A stretch of 64,000 nucleotides of DNA, from the NCBI RefSeq assembly GCF_964355755.1, contig NC_092674.1:16616001-16680000 (forward strand), in the 5' to 3' direction. The notes under the pieces are model-generated. The model saw nothing but the letters and a program-made list of their open reading frames with translations, had not been told where the DNA came from and ran no database searches. This DNA is from Antedon mediterranea. Taxonomy: Eukaryota > Animalia > Echinodermata. Each line of letters begins with the position of its first letter. The stretch's first letter is position 1. Position numbers and translations under genes: made by a program. This document shows, piece after piece, positions 51,280 to 64,000 of the stretch.

Positions 51280-54200
51280 AAGTCAGGCAGCATTTGTCAC
51301 TATATTAACTTTACTTCATATATTTAGCCAAATTTGATTTTTCACTTTTAAGTGATCAAGGACATCACAAGAAACAACTTCCAACTTGTTGTCCAAATTC
51401 TAAACGCTTTTTTCATTCGCTGGGGGCGCTTTTTCAAAATGGCCGCCTATGCTATCAAGTACTTATATCTCGGCAACCACTAATCGTAGAGACTTGGTTT
51501 TAGTTTTAAAATGTTCGTAAGGTACATAATTCTATTTAATGGAACATTTTGCCCTAAAATGACCGGAAATACTATTTCTGACCATTTGACCTTTGACCTG
51601 ATCTTATCATATCTCAATAACTATTGGTCAGAAAGAGTTGATATTTATCCCAAATTGTTCTGAAAATACATGTTTCTATTTGCTTTAATGCAAAGGTTTG
51701 TTTCAAGATGGCCGAAAAAACCATATCTGACCTTTGACCATAACTTGTGTGATATCCACAACATGTTGGTTATAGATAACATTTTTCGACAGATTGCTCA
51801 GAACATCCATATTTGTAACACATTATTGATTTTTCAATTATTGATGCTTTAAAACATTCACTTAAGCTTGGAAATTAAAGTTTTAAAATAAATAAAATCC
51901 ACTCATTATCTCCATACATAATCCTAGCCTGTGATTGGCTGAAAGTTCAAGCAGATTAGATTCATGAGTTTAAATGGAGTTTTTTAAACCGATTTAAACA
52001 GTGTTTGCTGGGAAATCATACTTATTATTAGTACATATACATTTACTTGTATAATAATGTACCTATGCTGATATAAATGTTGTACAGAGAGGCCTTAGTT
52101 AAATAGTTATAAACTATAGTTCCAGCCTAGGCCTTGTCGCTAACACCTAGCAAACAATGCTAGCCTTGTGAGATCCCCGTGGAACTCAGTGACAAGCCAA
52201 CTCAGTGCCTGGCATGGTAACCTCCGATGATGTCAGTTAAATGATTGAAAAGCGAGACCAATTAGGAAAAGAAGCATTGGATAAATTTGTGACTTCACGA
52301 ATGGTTGAAAAAACCGTAAAATGTTGGGACCCTCAAAAGAAAAACAACTTCTCTTATTTCAAGGATGTAGGAGCAGTGGTGAAAACCAAAATTAAAGGTC
52401 AACTAGTTTCAATTAAGCAAGAGAGAAAGCTGCTGTCTAGATTGTTAGTTGTGGTGAAAAGCAGGCCAGAGTTCCTCTAAAGGATGTCATAGGCAACTAT
52501 GAGTTCAATAGCACTCCACCATCAAATTTCCATCCAGATGGAAGAATGATAATGCTTTCTGGAAAATCCAAGGTATTGCAGTCAATAACAGAACTCCCTC
52601 TACCAGATAATGTCAACAGGCTTGTACAGAAAGATGATAAAAAGCAGCATCAATCCTAATTATTGATGGAATGTGTGTCGTCAATATGGTAAAGAAGGTG
52701 TCTGATAAGTTCAATGCTTCTGACATCTTTTATTTGATCAATATCTATCAGCATCTTTAAAAGAATCTACGCGAGATAAGAGAACACAGAAAACAACTAC
52801 CATTCACTACCATGTCAATGACAACACGGAGATTAAGAACATTAAGACATTTTTATCGCACAAAGAGACCAAAGCTGAACTTACAAAATATCTGTCAGAG
52901 AAGATATCTAATCACTTCAAGAACAACACGAAGAAGGTCCTAGTAACGCATCACACGTCCATGATGGCAAACTGCAATCTCTCAGAAGTTGTCATGATGC
53001 TAGAGATGACACACGGACAACACACATTAGAAGAAGGGGACCAACTGGTCTTATTGTATGCCTTTGATTGTATGAACAAAGACCCAAGTGCCAATGTTGA
53101 CATATTTTCTGTAGATACTGATGTCTTTATCCTTTTAACAGGAAGCTATCCTCGACTTCCTCCAATGACCACATTTTTTAGGAAAAGAGGGGAAAAATAC
53201 CTATATGGGAATGCTATTACCGACTTTGAAAACAAATATCAGCAGCACTGATTGGATGGTACGCATTTAAAGGTACAGATAACACAGGTACATTTGCTGG
53301 AAAAGGAGTGTCCGCCCATTTCAAAGCACTTATGAAATGTGACGATGAAATACTAGATGCATTTGCTGTATATGGACTGACCTCTGAAATACCAAATTGG
53401 ATTTTCAGGCAAATGGAAAGATATGTTTGCATATTATACAGTACTTTTAAGATCAAGGCAGATTATGTCACACAGACTTGAGATGGATGTTATTTGCACA
53501 GAAAGGCAAGGAAGGACAACAATTACCTCCAACCATGGGAACTCTTAGACCACACGTTGAAAGAGCATACTTCTACATGTCTATTGTATGGAATTCATCA
53601 TGCAAGCCAACTCCATCTATTCCACCAGCAACTGACTACTCCTGGCAACTAGAAGATGGTCACTTGAAGCCGGTATTTTGCAACAATCCACCAGCACCAG
53701 AAGCTCTTCTAGAAATTCGTCGATGTACCTGTGATGGTTCATGTTCAACAAATCGCTGTAGTTGTAAGAAAAACAACTTGCTCAGTACTGATGCATGTGA
53801 GTGTGGTGATGAATGTGAGAATACAAAGGACTGGAATGTAGAGCTAGTAGACGATATCGATGAACTTTATTGACTGGAGAGGGTAATCTGACTATATTCA
53901 ATATTTATGGTATGTATTTATTTATTATAACAGTTCCATTGGTGATTTGAAATATTGATTTTGGAACAAGGGATATCATCAACAAAACCACAAGTACCGG
54001 TACAAGTTATAAACAATACTAGACAAATCTATAGACTCTCAGTTGTGGATATTACATGCATTAGGGCAAGAGGTCAGATATGGCATTTCTGTTTGCTTTA
54101 AAACAAAACATTTAATTACAGTAAATATAAAAAGGCATACTGCGAACAATTTGAAACAAATTTCAAGTCTGTGTGACCATTAGTTCTCGAGATATGATGA

Positions 54201-54519
54201 TAGAAGGTCAAAGGTCAAACAGTCAGAAATGGCATTTTTAGTCATTTCTGGTCAAAATATTCTATTAGAGTAAATAGAAATATGTACCTTACAAAAATTT
54301 TAAGATTAAAACCAAGTCTCTACGATTAGTGGTTGCCGAGATATAAGTACTTGATAGCATAAGCGGCCATTTTGAAAAAGCGCCCCCAGCGAAGGAAAAA
54401 CGCGTTTAGAATTTGGACAACAAGTTGGAAGTTGTTCGTTGTGATGTCCTTGATCACTTAAAAGTGAAAAATCAAACTTGGCTAAATATATGAAGTAAAA
54501 TACAAATGCTGCCTGACTA
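51280..54519 (+). mobile_element. Academ DNA transposon, internally deleted, long TIRs
   Basis: ata|(a)agtcaggcagcatttg ... caaatgctgcctgacta|ata. The inverted similarity extends for several hundred bp and encloses a transposase remnant. Confidence 0.85.
52150..53873 (+). pseudogene. Academ transposase C-terminal half (XPG-like nuclease plus Cys-rich finger), frameshifted
   Basis: IIDGM, EEGDQ, SVDTDVF, GTDNTG, LPPT...HVERA and PAPEALL..RCTCDGSCSTNRCSCKKNNLLSTDACECGDEC motifs. Confidence 0.8.
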
Positions 54520-55928
54520 ATAAGTAAATTTGGGAAAAAGTAGTAAAGCTATGTAATCAATTTTTTGTAGTCATGAAACCCTGTATTAAAAAAAACTTAG
54601 TTACGCATAGAAACAGTTGCTACAATACACTATAGGTAAAATGTTGATGTCATTTGAGCTCAATGAAAATTTAATCATTTTTGTTTTCATGAAAACCCCA
54701 TATTTTATTTTAAAAAAAAATTATCCATAGTTATGTATAGAAACAGGTTTAAAGGTCAATTTTTTACTTTTATTCAGATTTGTCAAGACTTTTTTCTGAG
54801 ATTATTAGGATTCAGTATTTAAAGTAAATTTGGGAAAAAGTAGAAATGTAAAACTATATAGAAAACGCTCACTTTTCTGCAAATATACAAACAAACTTAC
54901 TCTGAAGAGCCATTCTTCCATCTATTACATCTTTCCTCAATAATTTGTGAGCCATTTTCTTCAACTCGCATGGCCAGACTTGGTTGGTTTGATGTTGAGG
55001 CTTTTACAGCTTTTACAATGATCGAATGTACCTGTTCCTTGATGGTTTTGCACTTGTGATTAGATCAGTGAGGTTTAATTTTTCTTTGCAGTGCTCACAT
55101 ATCAGGATCACAGATGGTAGTGCATCTTTAATAATCATAGGAATTTCTTTTGAATCCCCTGTGAAACTTTGCAATTTCACGTAAAACAATCGATTTTGTT
55201 TTTCCGACTGGTTTGAATACTTTATTTGTACATGAAATAAAAAAAAAATGCTGACATGGTGTTTGTATTGTACATTTTTGAGAGAAAGCAAGTTGTTGCA
55301 AATTTGGCATTGATACATCTCATTATAGTCTTGCTCATAAAGTGTCAAATTTTTACACAAAAATAAAAGCAGTTAATACATAATAAATATTAGTCTTACC
55401 TTATATGTACTGTATACAACAATAATTACCGGTATTATTAAGAAATGTAATAAATGAAGAGGACTTTTTCAGCTACATGAACAACTTGATCGCATTTGTA
55501 AATAAACGTAACTACTTCCCATTTCCAGTCTAGGCTTTGCAAATATTTCAATAAAAAACAATAAAAGATGTCATTAACATAACTTTGCTAGATAGAACTA
55601 TTTTAAAGTAAGAATTAAGTATAACATTTACTAAAATTAGTAGGTAAATTGTAAACATAGGTAGTATAATGAAATGTAAAGTTCTGATATGATTAACTTC
55701 GCAAACAATTTGCAGCTCTGGTTTCACGTCATCTGTTATTACTGAGGGCGCTCGACTTACCGTGTATGAACAGCCGTGAGACGAATTGGATTTTTAAATC
55801 GAGGAACCCATTGTGTGCTCGTTCTTAATAAATTGTGTGTTATAGGTTTTTGAAAGTTATCTTTAACCATTTGAAATAAAATGCCACTATCACCATGTAA
55901 ATAAAGTCTTACATAATTTTCATTCTAG

Positions 55929-56082
55929 AGATACTTTGCAAGAGTTATTACTATCACTTAAATCAACTGTTGAGGGATTACTAGCATCTCATTCAACCTA
56001 TGTATGGTCAACATATGGTGGACTTGGTAGGCTATGTAGTGCTGTCAACAAGATACTATGCCATAAACTTAGACAAAATCAA
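55929..56082 (+). CDS. RUBCN: Rubicon-like RUN-domain protein, internal exon
   Basis: DTLQELLLSLKSTVEGLLASHSTYVWSTYGGLGRLCSAVNKILCHKLRQNQ matches Rubicon [43 protein letters not shown]. tag/gtaagt sites, 154 bp. Confidence 0.9.
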
Positions 56083-59000
56083 GTAAGTGTAAAACTTTAA
56101 AGAAACATGAAAAATAAAAGATAGGATATAAAAAATTTAGCTTTTGGCCAAAGAAAGTATTGGATTTCTCTTTAAAAATAAAATAAACCAATTGATTTCC
56201 AACTTGATGTCTGTTAATTAATTGTTTTTTCTCAATCCAATTGTTGGCCAAAGTCAATATGGTATTTATTATGGTACTAGCAGGTACCCATCCAATGGAC
56301 GGGCACCATCGTATAATGATTTTAAGGTTCAAGCAAGCAATTTTAAATACAAATTTGCAGAGTCATTGCAAATAATGTTAGTGCTCACTGTAAAATGAAT
56401 TTTTGCAAAACATGCAGTCACAAAAAAAGAATCTTGTTAGATATTCATTTTTAATATACATCTTTGTTCTAATTTTGTTTGTGTAAATATATTAAAATAA
56501 TAGACGTTCATTATTTTATTCATTAATATTATTATGTCGGTTATTTCCGTCTTAATGTTTGTTTGGTATAGGACATAATACTACATTTCATGGTCGTCTG
56601 GTAAATTGTCATGTTTTGTATAAGCTTCCAAAGTTTATATTATTATCATTTCCGACTGGAGAACAGTCTGGTCTGGTTAAATAATCTTGTGCAGTCTTCT
56701 GTTGTTCAGTTGAATGTCTTGATTTGTGGTGGTAAAAATGTTTAGTGGTTTTTCTTTAAGATGAATAACAATGTATGTTTTCTGTTGGTGTAGACTACAT
56801 TCCTTGAAAATAAATTACATAAAACTTAAATTACATTACTTATTACTTAAAAATTAAAAATTCAAAAAAAATAACAAAACATACATGTACTTCACAATAT
56901 TTCATATCATAAAACCCTGGGAGCTAATAGAATTAGAAGCATCTCTTAGTTAGATATATCGGTCTAAAAGTGGACCGAATCGTCCCGCATTCAGCTATCG
57001 CCTATAATAGGCCTATAGCAGCTTAGAAACAAGTAATTAGTAAGAAACCATAACCTAGTGTTATTACTGCATTTGGTGTTTGGAAAAATGGTAAAAGGGT
57101 GCCAAATCTTATGTTTGGCACGAGCAGCGTGCATGAGGTAGAAACATGAGCAAGAATACAGTACTGTACTTACCGCCAGTTTGAGATTGTGCAAAAGTCC
57201 GAAGAATGGTATGCCGTATAAAGTATAGTGTTTATTGTTTGGTAGGGCCCTTACTTACAGGGTGGAGGTGGGGAGGCGGAGTTCATTTGAGGAAGGTGCT
57301 TATTCGAGAGATAAATTTAATTTTTTAGTTTTAATAATATGGTAACATTTATAATCAAATGAAATCCTCTAGTAGATATGAAAAATGCTTGGTAAATTTT
57401 AGATAACAGTCCGATGAAGTCTACTACAAATATTATAATTGTGTTAATGTATCATTGTTTGTTAAATATAATACAATATTGTGTGTATAAATGTGGATGG
57501 GCATTTATTAGATGATTGGGGGTGGGGCGATTATTATTCTAATTGATGTTTTATTGGGGAGGTATTGGGCGTTTATTAAAATAAATACCATCCTAATTGG
57601 TATATTTGATACAATATTTATCTTTTGTAAAACTAACTTTCGCGACACAGTGGGCCGTTTCGGTCTAAGAAGGAAGACGTTTTAGACGGCTTGCAACATG
57701 GCGATAGCACACCGTTATACAGTTCTGCCAGTTTACTCAACAACTCAGCTATCATGGTTTCACTCAATTTCAAACAAAAGGTCTTATCATCAGTTCTCCC
57801 AATTTAATTTTGTATACTATACTCCGATACTTTATGAATCTATTGTATATAAATTTACGTAAGGGAAAAATTTGGTAAATCGCGCCTTACTTCAAGAATT
57901 TTTACTCGATGGTATATAAAAGTTAGTTCATACTTTCGGTACTTATTTTAACCACCTGATGTAACCCTGTTTACTAATTAAATTGAGTTGGATAATTAGT
58001 TATTGACAATTAAAAAGGATTTAGGTTCAACGATTTGCCACAAATAGAGGTGTTTTCCGATCGTGGTATACACTGTCTAATGGATGTCCATCTTGAAAAA
58101 TACCCGCACACAATAATACGAGGATGCTTCGCATTTTCCTATCTCCTACGATAATTGTTTTTAATAACTGAAAACCAATTGAACAGTTCGAGTACAGCAT
58201 CATACAGTGGGACAGCCAGTCGACAAATCGTGTCAAATTTCGACTCGGAGAGGGCGCCCTACTTTTCTAATTTAGTTCAAAATTGCTAAATTTTAGGGTG
58301 TTGGAAAAACACAATATTTGTAAATTTAGCTGATTATCGGAAAAATATTGTTAGTGAAATAAATTCATAAATGGTTTTAATATATTGTCATGTAAAATTA
58401 AATGTATTTGAACAAAACGATAATCTGTAATTTAACGGCAAAATCAACCAATGTCTTTTTTCCGAAATTGTACCCTAGAAAATCGTTAAAATAAAATATT
58501 TAGAAAAATTGAACAGTCCTGAATTTAAAATCCCTGTTAGAAAAATTAATAATCTACAGATACAGGGTAAAAACATGTACAAACTAGTACTGTATAATAT
58601 AAATTAATAGTAATATTAAAATACAGTATTAATAAAATATAAAATAGGCCTAACATACAATAAATATTCAATTTTTAAGGTCTACCACATGACAATAACA
58701 TAATTTACAGAGTATAGTGTAGTAGGTTTGCATTCAACATAAATATTTGTATTGTAATTCATCTAAAATCCTCTGCAACATACATATATTTGTAATTCAA
58801 CATTTTGTTTTAAATAATTAAATTATAGTTTGGGTATGACAATGTCGGTAGGTACCGGTGTCATCTTTTTATCCACTTCACTCTCAGTTTGAAGTCACAA
58901 AGACAAAGAACTCTGCATCATCAACGATTCCTGAAAATAAATATTATTTAAAAAAAAAATGTTAATGTCAAATGGAAGCTGTATTTTATTAATTAATTAT

Positions 59001-60805
59001 TACAGTATTTGCTATTATTATTTATATAATCTAGGCCTACTAGTAACCTAGCTAGGCATCTATTGAGGCTAATAAATCAAATAATAAATGAAAAATTAAA
59101 TAATAATATTAATACTGATTGAAAAAAAGTATTTTTTTGGGGGGATCAGATCACCAGGCCAGGCCGGCCAGGACCAATGATACTCGTAATCAGTACAACT
59201 TAACGACTATCGGATCAGCATCAACACAGTACAACACACGTCTCGCTATCGCCTATACTGACACACGTGTCTCGCGTTGCCGAAACCACGCTCACAGCTA
59301 GAAAATGTACCTACCTTTCGAGGCCTGAGAATACACCAACAAATTTTGAACAGGATAGAAATATATCATACTCGATTAAACTAATATTATTCTTGATAAA
59401 ACAATTGATTATAATCTTTTTAATTTGTTGGGATGCACCTCCGACTATTCAGAAAATGGACAACAAAACAGTAGTCAAATCGTACCACATTTATAAATTT
59501 CACGAGTCCCGACTTCAGTCGCCGAATGTATTGTATTAGCTTCGGTTTCTTTGAAGGAAACCGATTGGTTATTCAATTATACTTATTAGGAAATGATTTT
59601 ACCATAATAGGTAATGTTGGGCGGTTCTTAAATATTCATGAGAGCTTAAAATAAAACAGCACTTATTTGCTAGGCGACGAAAAATCGTGGTTTTAGTTTT
59701 CAACGATAGGTGGCGCTTCAAAATCGTCAATGCGGAAGTAAGTCGATTTTACACGATTTAACGGTCAAAACGCGAAGTGGCTTTCCCACTGCATAATGTT
59801 GAAGACAGGGCGATTTTCTTTAAAAAATACTATTTTGATAGATTTAATATACAGTATGTATACAAATGTATTAATTTGCGATAAATGGAACATTCCAATC
59901 TGTATTTGAACCTTCAAATTCCTCGGTAAATAGAGGGCGCATTATTTCGACAAATTCTTAGATTAGAAATATTGTCGTGTGTTGTATACAGAACAGTAAA
60001 ACTTAAGTGGCTTTTGGATAATTTTAGATCCATGACCGATAAATGAAGATTCATCAAACTGGGAGTGTAGTTAGACTTATAAGAACTAAACTAGGTCTAT
60101 AGCTCACGTTTTCGGTTACCATCCATTCCAACCAGCGAATTAGGCCTACTGATGTGTACATGGTTACAATAAAACAAGAATACAAAATAAACTTTATTAG
60201 GCCTACTCATACAACATAAAATAAAAAGTTAGGAAATCAAATGATTATCGTAGAGTATATAATAGGCATCATGCAGTTAAACTAAGTCTCATTCGAGGCT
60301 TAGGGAGTGCAGTTAAAAGAGTGTGAGTTATAAACATATAATAAATGGCACTAAATCGGGATTGGAAGGCAAACACCAACCTCCATGATACAGCTCCACT
60401 CCAATGGCTGTCAATGGTAAAAACATAACGGCACACAACATAACATAAACAAGCTTCGTAGTATCTTTTCTCCAACTACAATTTGGCTTTTAGTTACTAC
60501 TGTAAACAGCTTGATTACATCATTTTACAGACAAACGAAACTTTATAGTATGCGTTTTCATAAATAAGTGAATAAGCATATACATATTTGTGTTTTCATT
60601 GATGAGATTGTAATAGTAGTACATTTATTCGAAAAAATAAGTCTAGATCCCATAGGCATCATAAATCACGGCCCAACAAATCAGTACTCATGACTCATGA
60701 AATTCGATCCAGTTTTGTTCGCACAAATGTTTCCAGGAATTTTAACACCGCAACCGATGATTAGCCCTAAATATTTAGCAAACTGTCTTATAATCCCTAG
60801 CTTAA

Positions 60806-61536
60806 CACTTTCACCGCCAGGCATTCAATAAAGGAAGTACCCCTCACCGCCAGCCATTTTAGATAAATTTACTTGTTTTTCAAAGCTCATAGCAAAGGTG
60901 TTTGTAATCAGAATAACATGCAATATACACTCAAATAATGAGATAGAAATAAACTTTCCAATGGTACCAAACACTTTATTGAAATAAAACTGTAATACCA
61001 CATAATTGTACAAAGAACTTGGCTCACTTTTAGCACTTTAGGCTCAATCGGAGAACAAAGCAGAGATAATGAGGTTTTTAGCCTGGCTGCACTCTCTGTC
61101 AGTGTCACGTTTCTCAACCTATTCTACAAACTAGCCTAGGCTAGGCTAGCTAAATTATCTCCAATTATTTATTACATTTTATAAACCAGATTTAGGTACA
61201 AATATACCTTCATCATCTGGGGATAATAAATACTCATTTTCAGAGTCAGAGTCGGCAAATATTTCTGCAATTGCTTCGTCTGCAGTAAAGCACATTATGT
61301 TGTTGGATACGGATAGGACGCGATGTAGGCCAGCTGGGTCATGGCACTAGGGGTTAATAAAGTATCAAAATATTTACGGTCCAGATCGATTTGGATGTTG
61401 AAATTTCTCCATGCGGTCCATATATACCTGATCTAACAAATTGTGCAATAAAAAGTCAAAGACGGAAATTTCCGTCTTTGGCGGTCTGGCGCTAGGCATC
61501 GAAAGACGGAGATTTCTGTCTTTGGCGGTGAAAGTG
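60806..61536 (-). mobile_element. Internally deleted piggyBac-type element
   Basis: ttaa|cactttcaccgcca ... tggcggtgaaagtg|ttaa; two subterminal palindromes aaagacggaaatttccgtcttt; acidic N-terminal remnant MCFTADEAIAEIFADSDSENE. Confidence 0.85.
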
Positions 61537-61985
61537 TTAATAAGAGGTAGACTATCTGTTTAATTTGTTATTACCGTAAATAAGAGCTAGCATTTCCAAT
61601 CACCGAATGTCTTACTGTATTTATTTAGTGAGGTTCTTATACATATAAATACAATCAACTTTATTATTGCGGTTCCATCACCACCACCCCGTGCCGCCCA
61701 ATCTCCGTTTGTTAAATTTCCATTTCTCAATTTCCTGAGTCTAAATCAATTAATTGTTCTTTATGGTATCCAGTATTCGTGATTTTGTCTTTATTTCTGA
61801 ATACCAAAATTAAGGGGACACTTCCGTTTCTGTTTAGTGTCCCAAAATGTCCCTGTGGGTTCTATTGTATTCGAGAACCATCTGTGGGGATCCCTAGATG
61901 GTACGCGAGAAAAGCGAGCATACCATCTAGTATATTTAATTTGATCTTTATTAATTTGCAGTATAATTTTTATTTTGCTAATTAC

Positions 61986-62473
61986 CATAGAACTTTCGTT
62001 TTACGTACCCTGATTTTACGTTCCCTTGATTTTACGTACGCTTAAAATTACCGATGACGTCATCATTTTCTTACATTGAGGGCGCAATTTAACAACAACA
62101 AAGCACAAAGCCATGGCTGCTGTGTGAGGAACTCATGTGCATTCCCCTACAGCAGTGACTGTTTTTATTGATAGAAATACAAGAACATTGATATTTTATT
62201 TATAACACTTTCTAAATCGCACAGCCTGTATATACTGTACTTTTCTAGGCCTCACATCTTGCTAGGCCTGCTAGCCTGGCCTAGATTAGTCTAGGAAGGG
62301 CCTAGCCTAGCTAAGCTAGTGACCACCTGCATACTGTAGGCAAACACGGCAGCCTTTATAGCTACGATCTCTATGTATTTGGGGTAAATTTAAGGTCAAC
62401 CTGGATTTTACGAATCCTGTGTTTTACGTTCGCCTTTCGGTCCCGTACCGTACGTAAAATGGAGGTTCTACTG
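61986..62473. mobile_element. Tc1/mariner-pogo-type MITE, sister of 3871-5426
   Basis: tagaactttcgttttacgt ... acgtaaaatggaggttctactg|ta; colinear with the copy at 3871. Confidence 0.75.
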
Positions 62474-63003
62474 TACTGTAGCTTCATATGCGCGGTCCGA
62501 AAATAAACAAAAAGACTGAAATGGCTATTGCCACCAACAGCCAACTTTCAACCAGGTAGTTGCAAGATGATAACTCACTGTGAACCCAGAACTAACTTTA
62601 CCGTCAACGCTTAAAAATCTACCAATGAAACCCAATATTTCTTTTTAAAACCCTCCAAGATATCTTCCTAAGAGAGAAATATGGAACAATATCGTAATAC
62701 TGAGAACTAATGTTATCAAATCTACGTTTCGCAGTACATCTGCGATAGATGAGGTACTATAGGCGGAGATCTTTCCCGAAGTTTTTCCATTGTGCTCGCC
62801 TACAGTATGTCAGAATTAAGCAAATTTAAATATAGATAATACAGTATACAGTATCCAAGTTAAAAAAAAATTAAATTATAGGCAAATTTTGATAAAAATC
62901 TTATATATATTATATATACCTATATTATTTTAAAATTAAATTTTGTTCTTTTTTTGTCATTGTCTTGTCAATTGTAAAACAATGCTACTATTAAATACTT
63001 TAG

Positions 63004-63226
63004 ATGATGTTTACACATCTTGATGATCATTGGATTTTTATCAAGAGACTCCGGACACTAGATCCAGTATTAGCACCCTCTATTGACCAAATAAGTCGTC
63101 AAGCAGTGGAACAAGGTTGTGTTAAAGGTGAATTATGGGTTAAAATTAGTCTTGAGAATTTGAGCTTATCATCCCAACTTAAACTGCTTGTGAAGAATCA
63201 AGAACATGTTCAACTTTGTTACTATG
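63004..63226 (+). CDS. RUBCN: Rubicon-like RUN-domain protein, next exon (gene continues beyond the window)
   Basis: DDHWIFIKRLRTLDP...GELWVKISLENLSLSSQLKLLVKNQEHVQLCYY matches Rubicon DYWQFVKDIRWLSP...[32 protein letters not shown]. tag/gtaagt sites; phase-0 start fits the previous exon. Confidence 0.88.
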
Positions 63227-63339
63227 GTAAGTTTATACAGTGGGTCTTAATACTTTAAGTCGTTTACATTTTGAAACTATAGAAAATAAAATATTTTCCA
63301 GTGAAACTAAAAAAATTATTTGTCTTTCATCAACCTATA

Positions 63340-63420
63340 CCGTATTTTCCGGAGTATAGGTCAAGACTTTGTGGGAAAATCAGGGGGTCGACTTATACTC
63401 CGACCATGCGATTTTTGAAA
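63340..63420 (+). mobile_element. Tigger/pogo-like MITE left end
   Basis: ta|ccgtattttccggagtataggtc...ggggtcgacttatactcc. A comparable right end (ggccgcttacgagaggttcaactg|ta) of another family lies near 51130. Confidence 0.5.
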
Positions 63421-64000
63421 AAAATCAGCCTGAAAAAATATGTTATGTCAAGGCCTAGCAAGGTCAGTGGCCTATCAAGGTCAGTGGCCTATCATCAATC
63501 ACTTACAGAAGTTTTAAATTTAATACCTACATTGTGCAAAATAATACAACTCCAACAAGTACTGGTCAATAAAATATTAATATATCACAAGGACTCATTT
63601 TGATGTTAATATTACGCTTTTAAGATAATTAAGAATAAATAGTTTTCGTTTGTGTTTTATATGCTTCTTATTCACTCGCGAAAACGTCGTAACACACACC
63701 ACAAACGAACTACGACGTCGGAATGTCCATGCAGCATGTTTGTTATTGCGCGATATTTTCAACTATACACATGCGCAGTTTGTTTGTTTGTTCGTAATTA
63801 CAATTACTGCGCATGTCTATTCATAAAATAAATTCTCCTTAGTTGAGCGCATGTACATTTACAGATAACGCGATTTACAACTACTCGCCTGTACAATTAA
63901 TAAGCCTCCTAACGGAAAACTCGCACCCTCTAGTGGGTGTACCCGAATGGTTCTTGAAAACATGACCATTGCCTCTGGAAATTAAAGCCCGGGTGACACC

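Noticed and set aside
52241-53873. Host tesmin/CXC-domain gene
   Set aside because: It is frameshifted, intronless and enclosed by TIRs with a TSD, so it is better read as an Academ transposase remnant.

Overview
AT-rich, intron-rich animal genomic DNA; repeat content and abundant TAGGCCTA motifs suggest a marine invertebrate, possibly an echinoderm (inference). Two spliced host genes, mostly missed by the ORF track, lie head-to-head. One is a complete PDCD10/CCM3 gene on the minus strand (5 coding exons, 3098-32347, 220 aa). The other is the 5' part of a Rubicon (RUBCN)-like RUN-domain gene on the plus strand (exons at about 45704, 55929 and 63004, continuing beyond the window). Most of the rest is transposon-derived: nested Helentron-associated (HINE-like) elements, MITEs with TA, TTA, TTAA and 4-, 7-, 8- or 10-bp target-site duplications, an Academ element with a decayed transposase, piggyBac-type derivatives, LINE fragments, a decayed BEL/Pao element, SINEs and mini/microsatellites. 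The most unusual structure is in the 20.6-kb PDCD10 intron, where two unrelated HINE families each appear to have inserted repeatedly next to their own hairpin end, giving bracket-like nested stacks. All family assignments come from motif recognition by eye, not from database searches.
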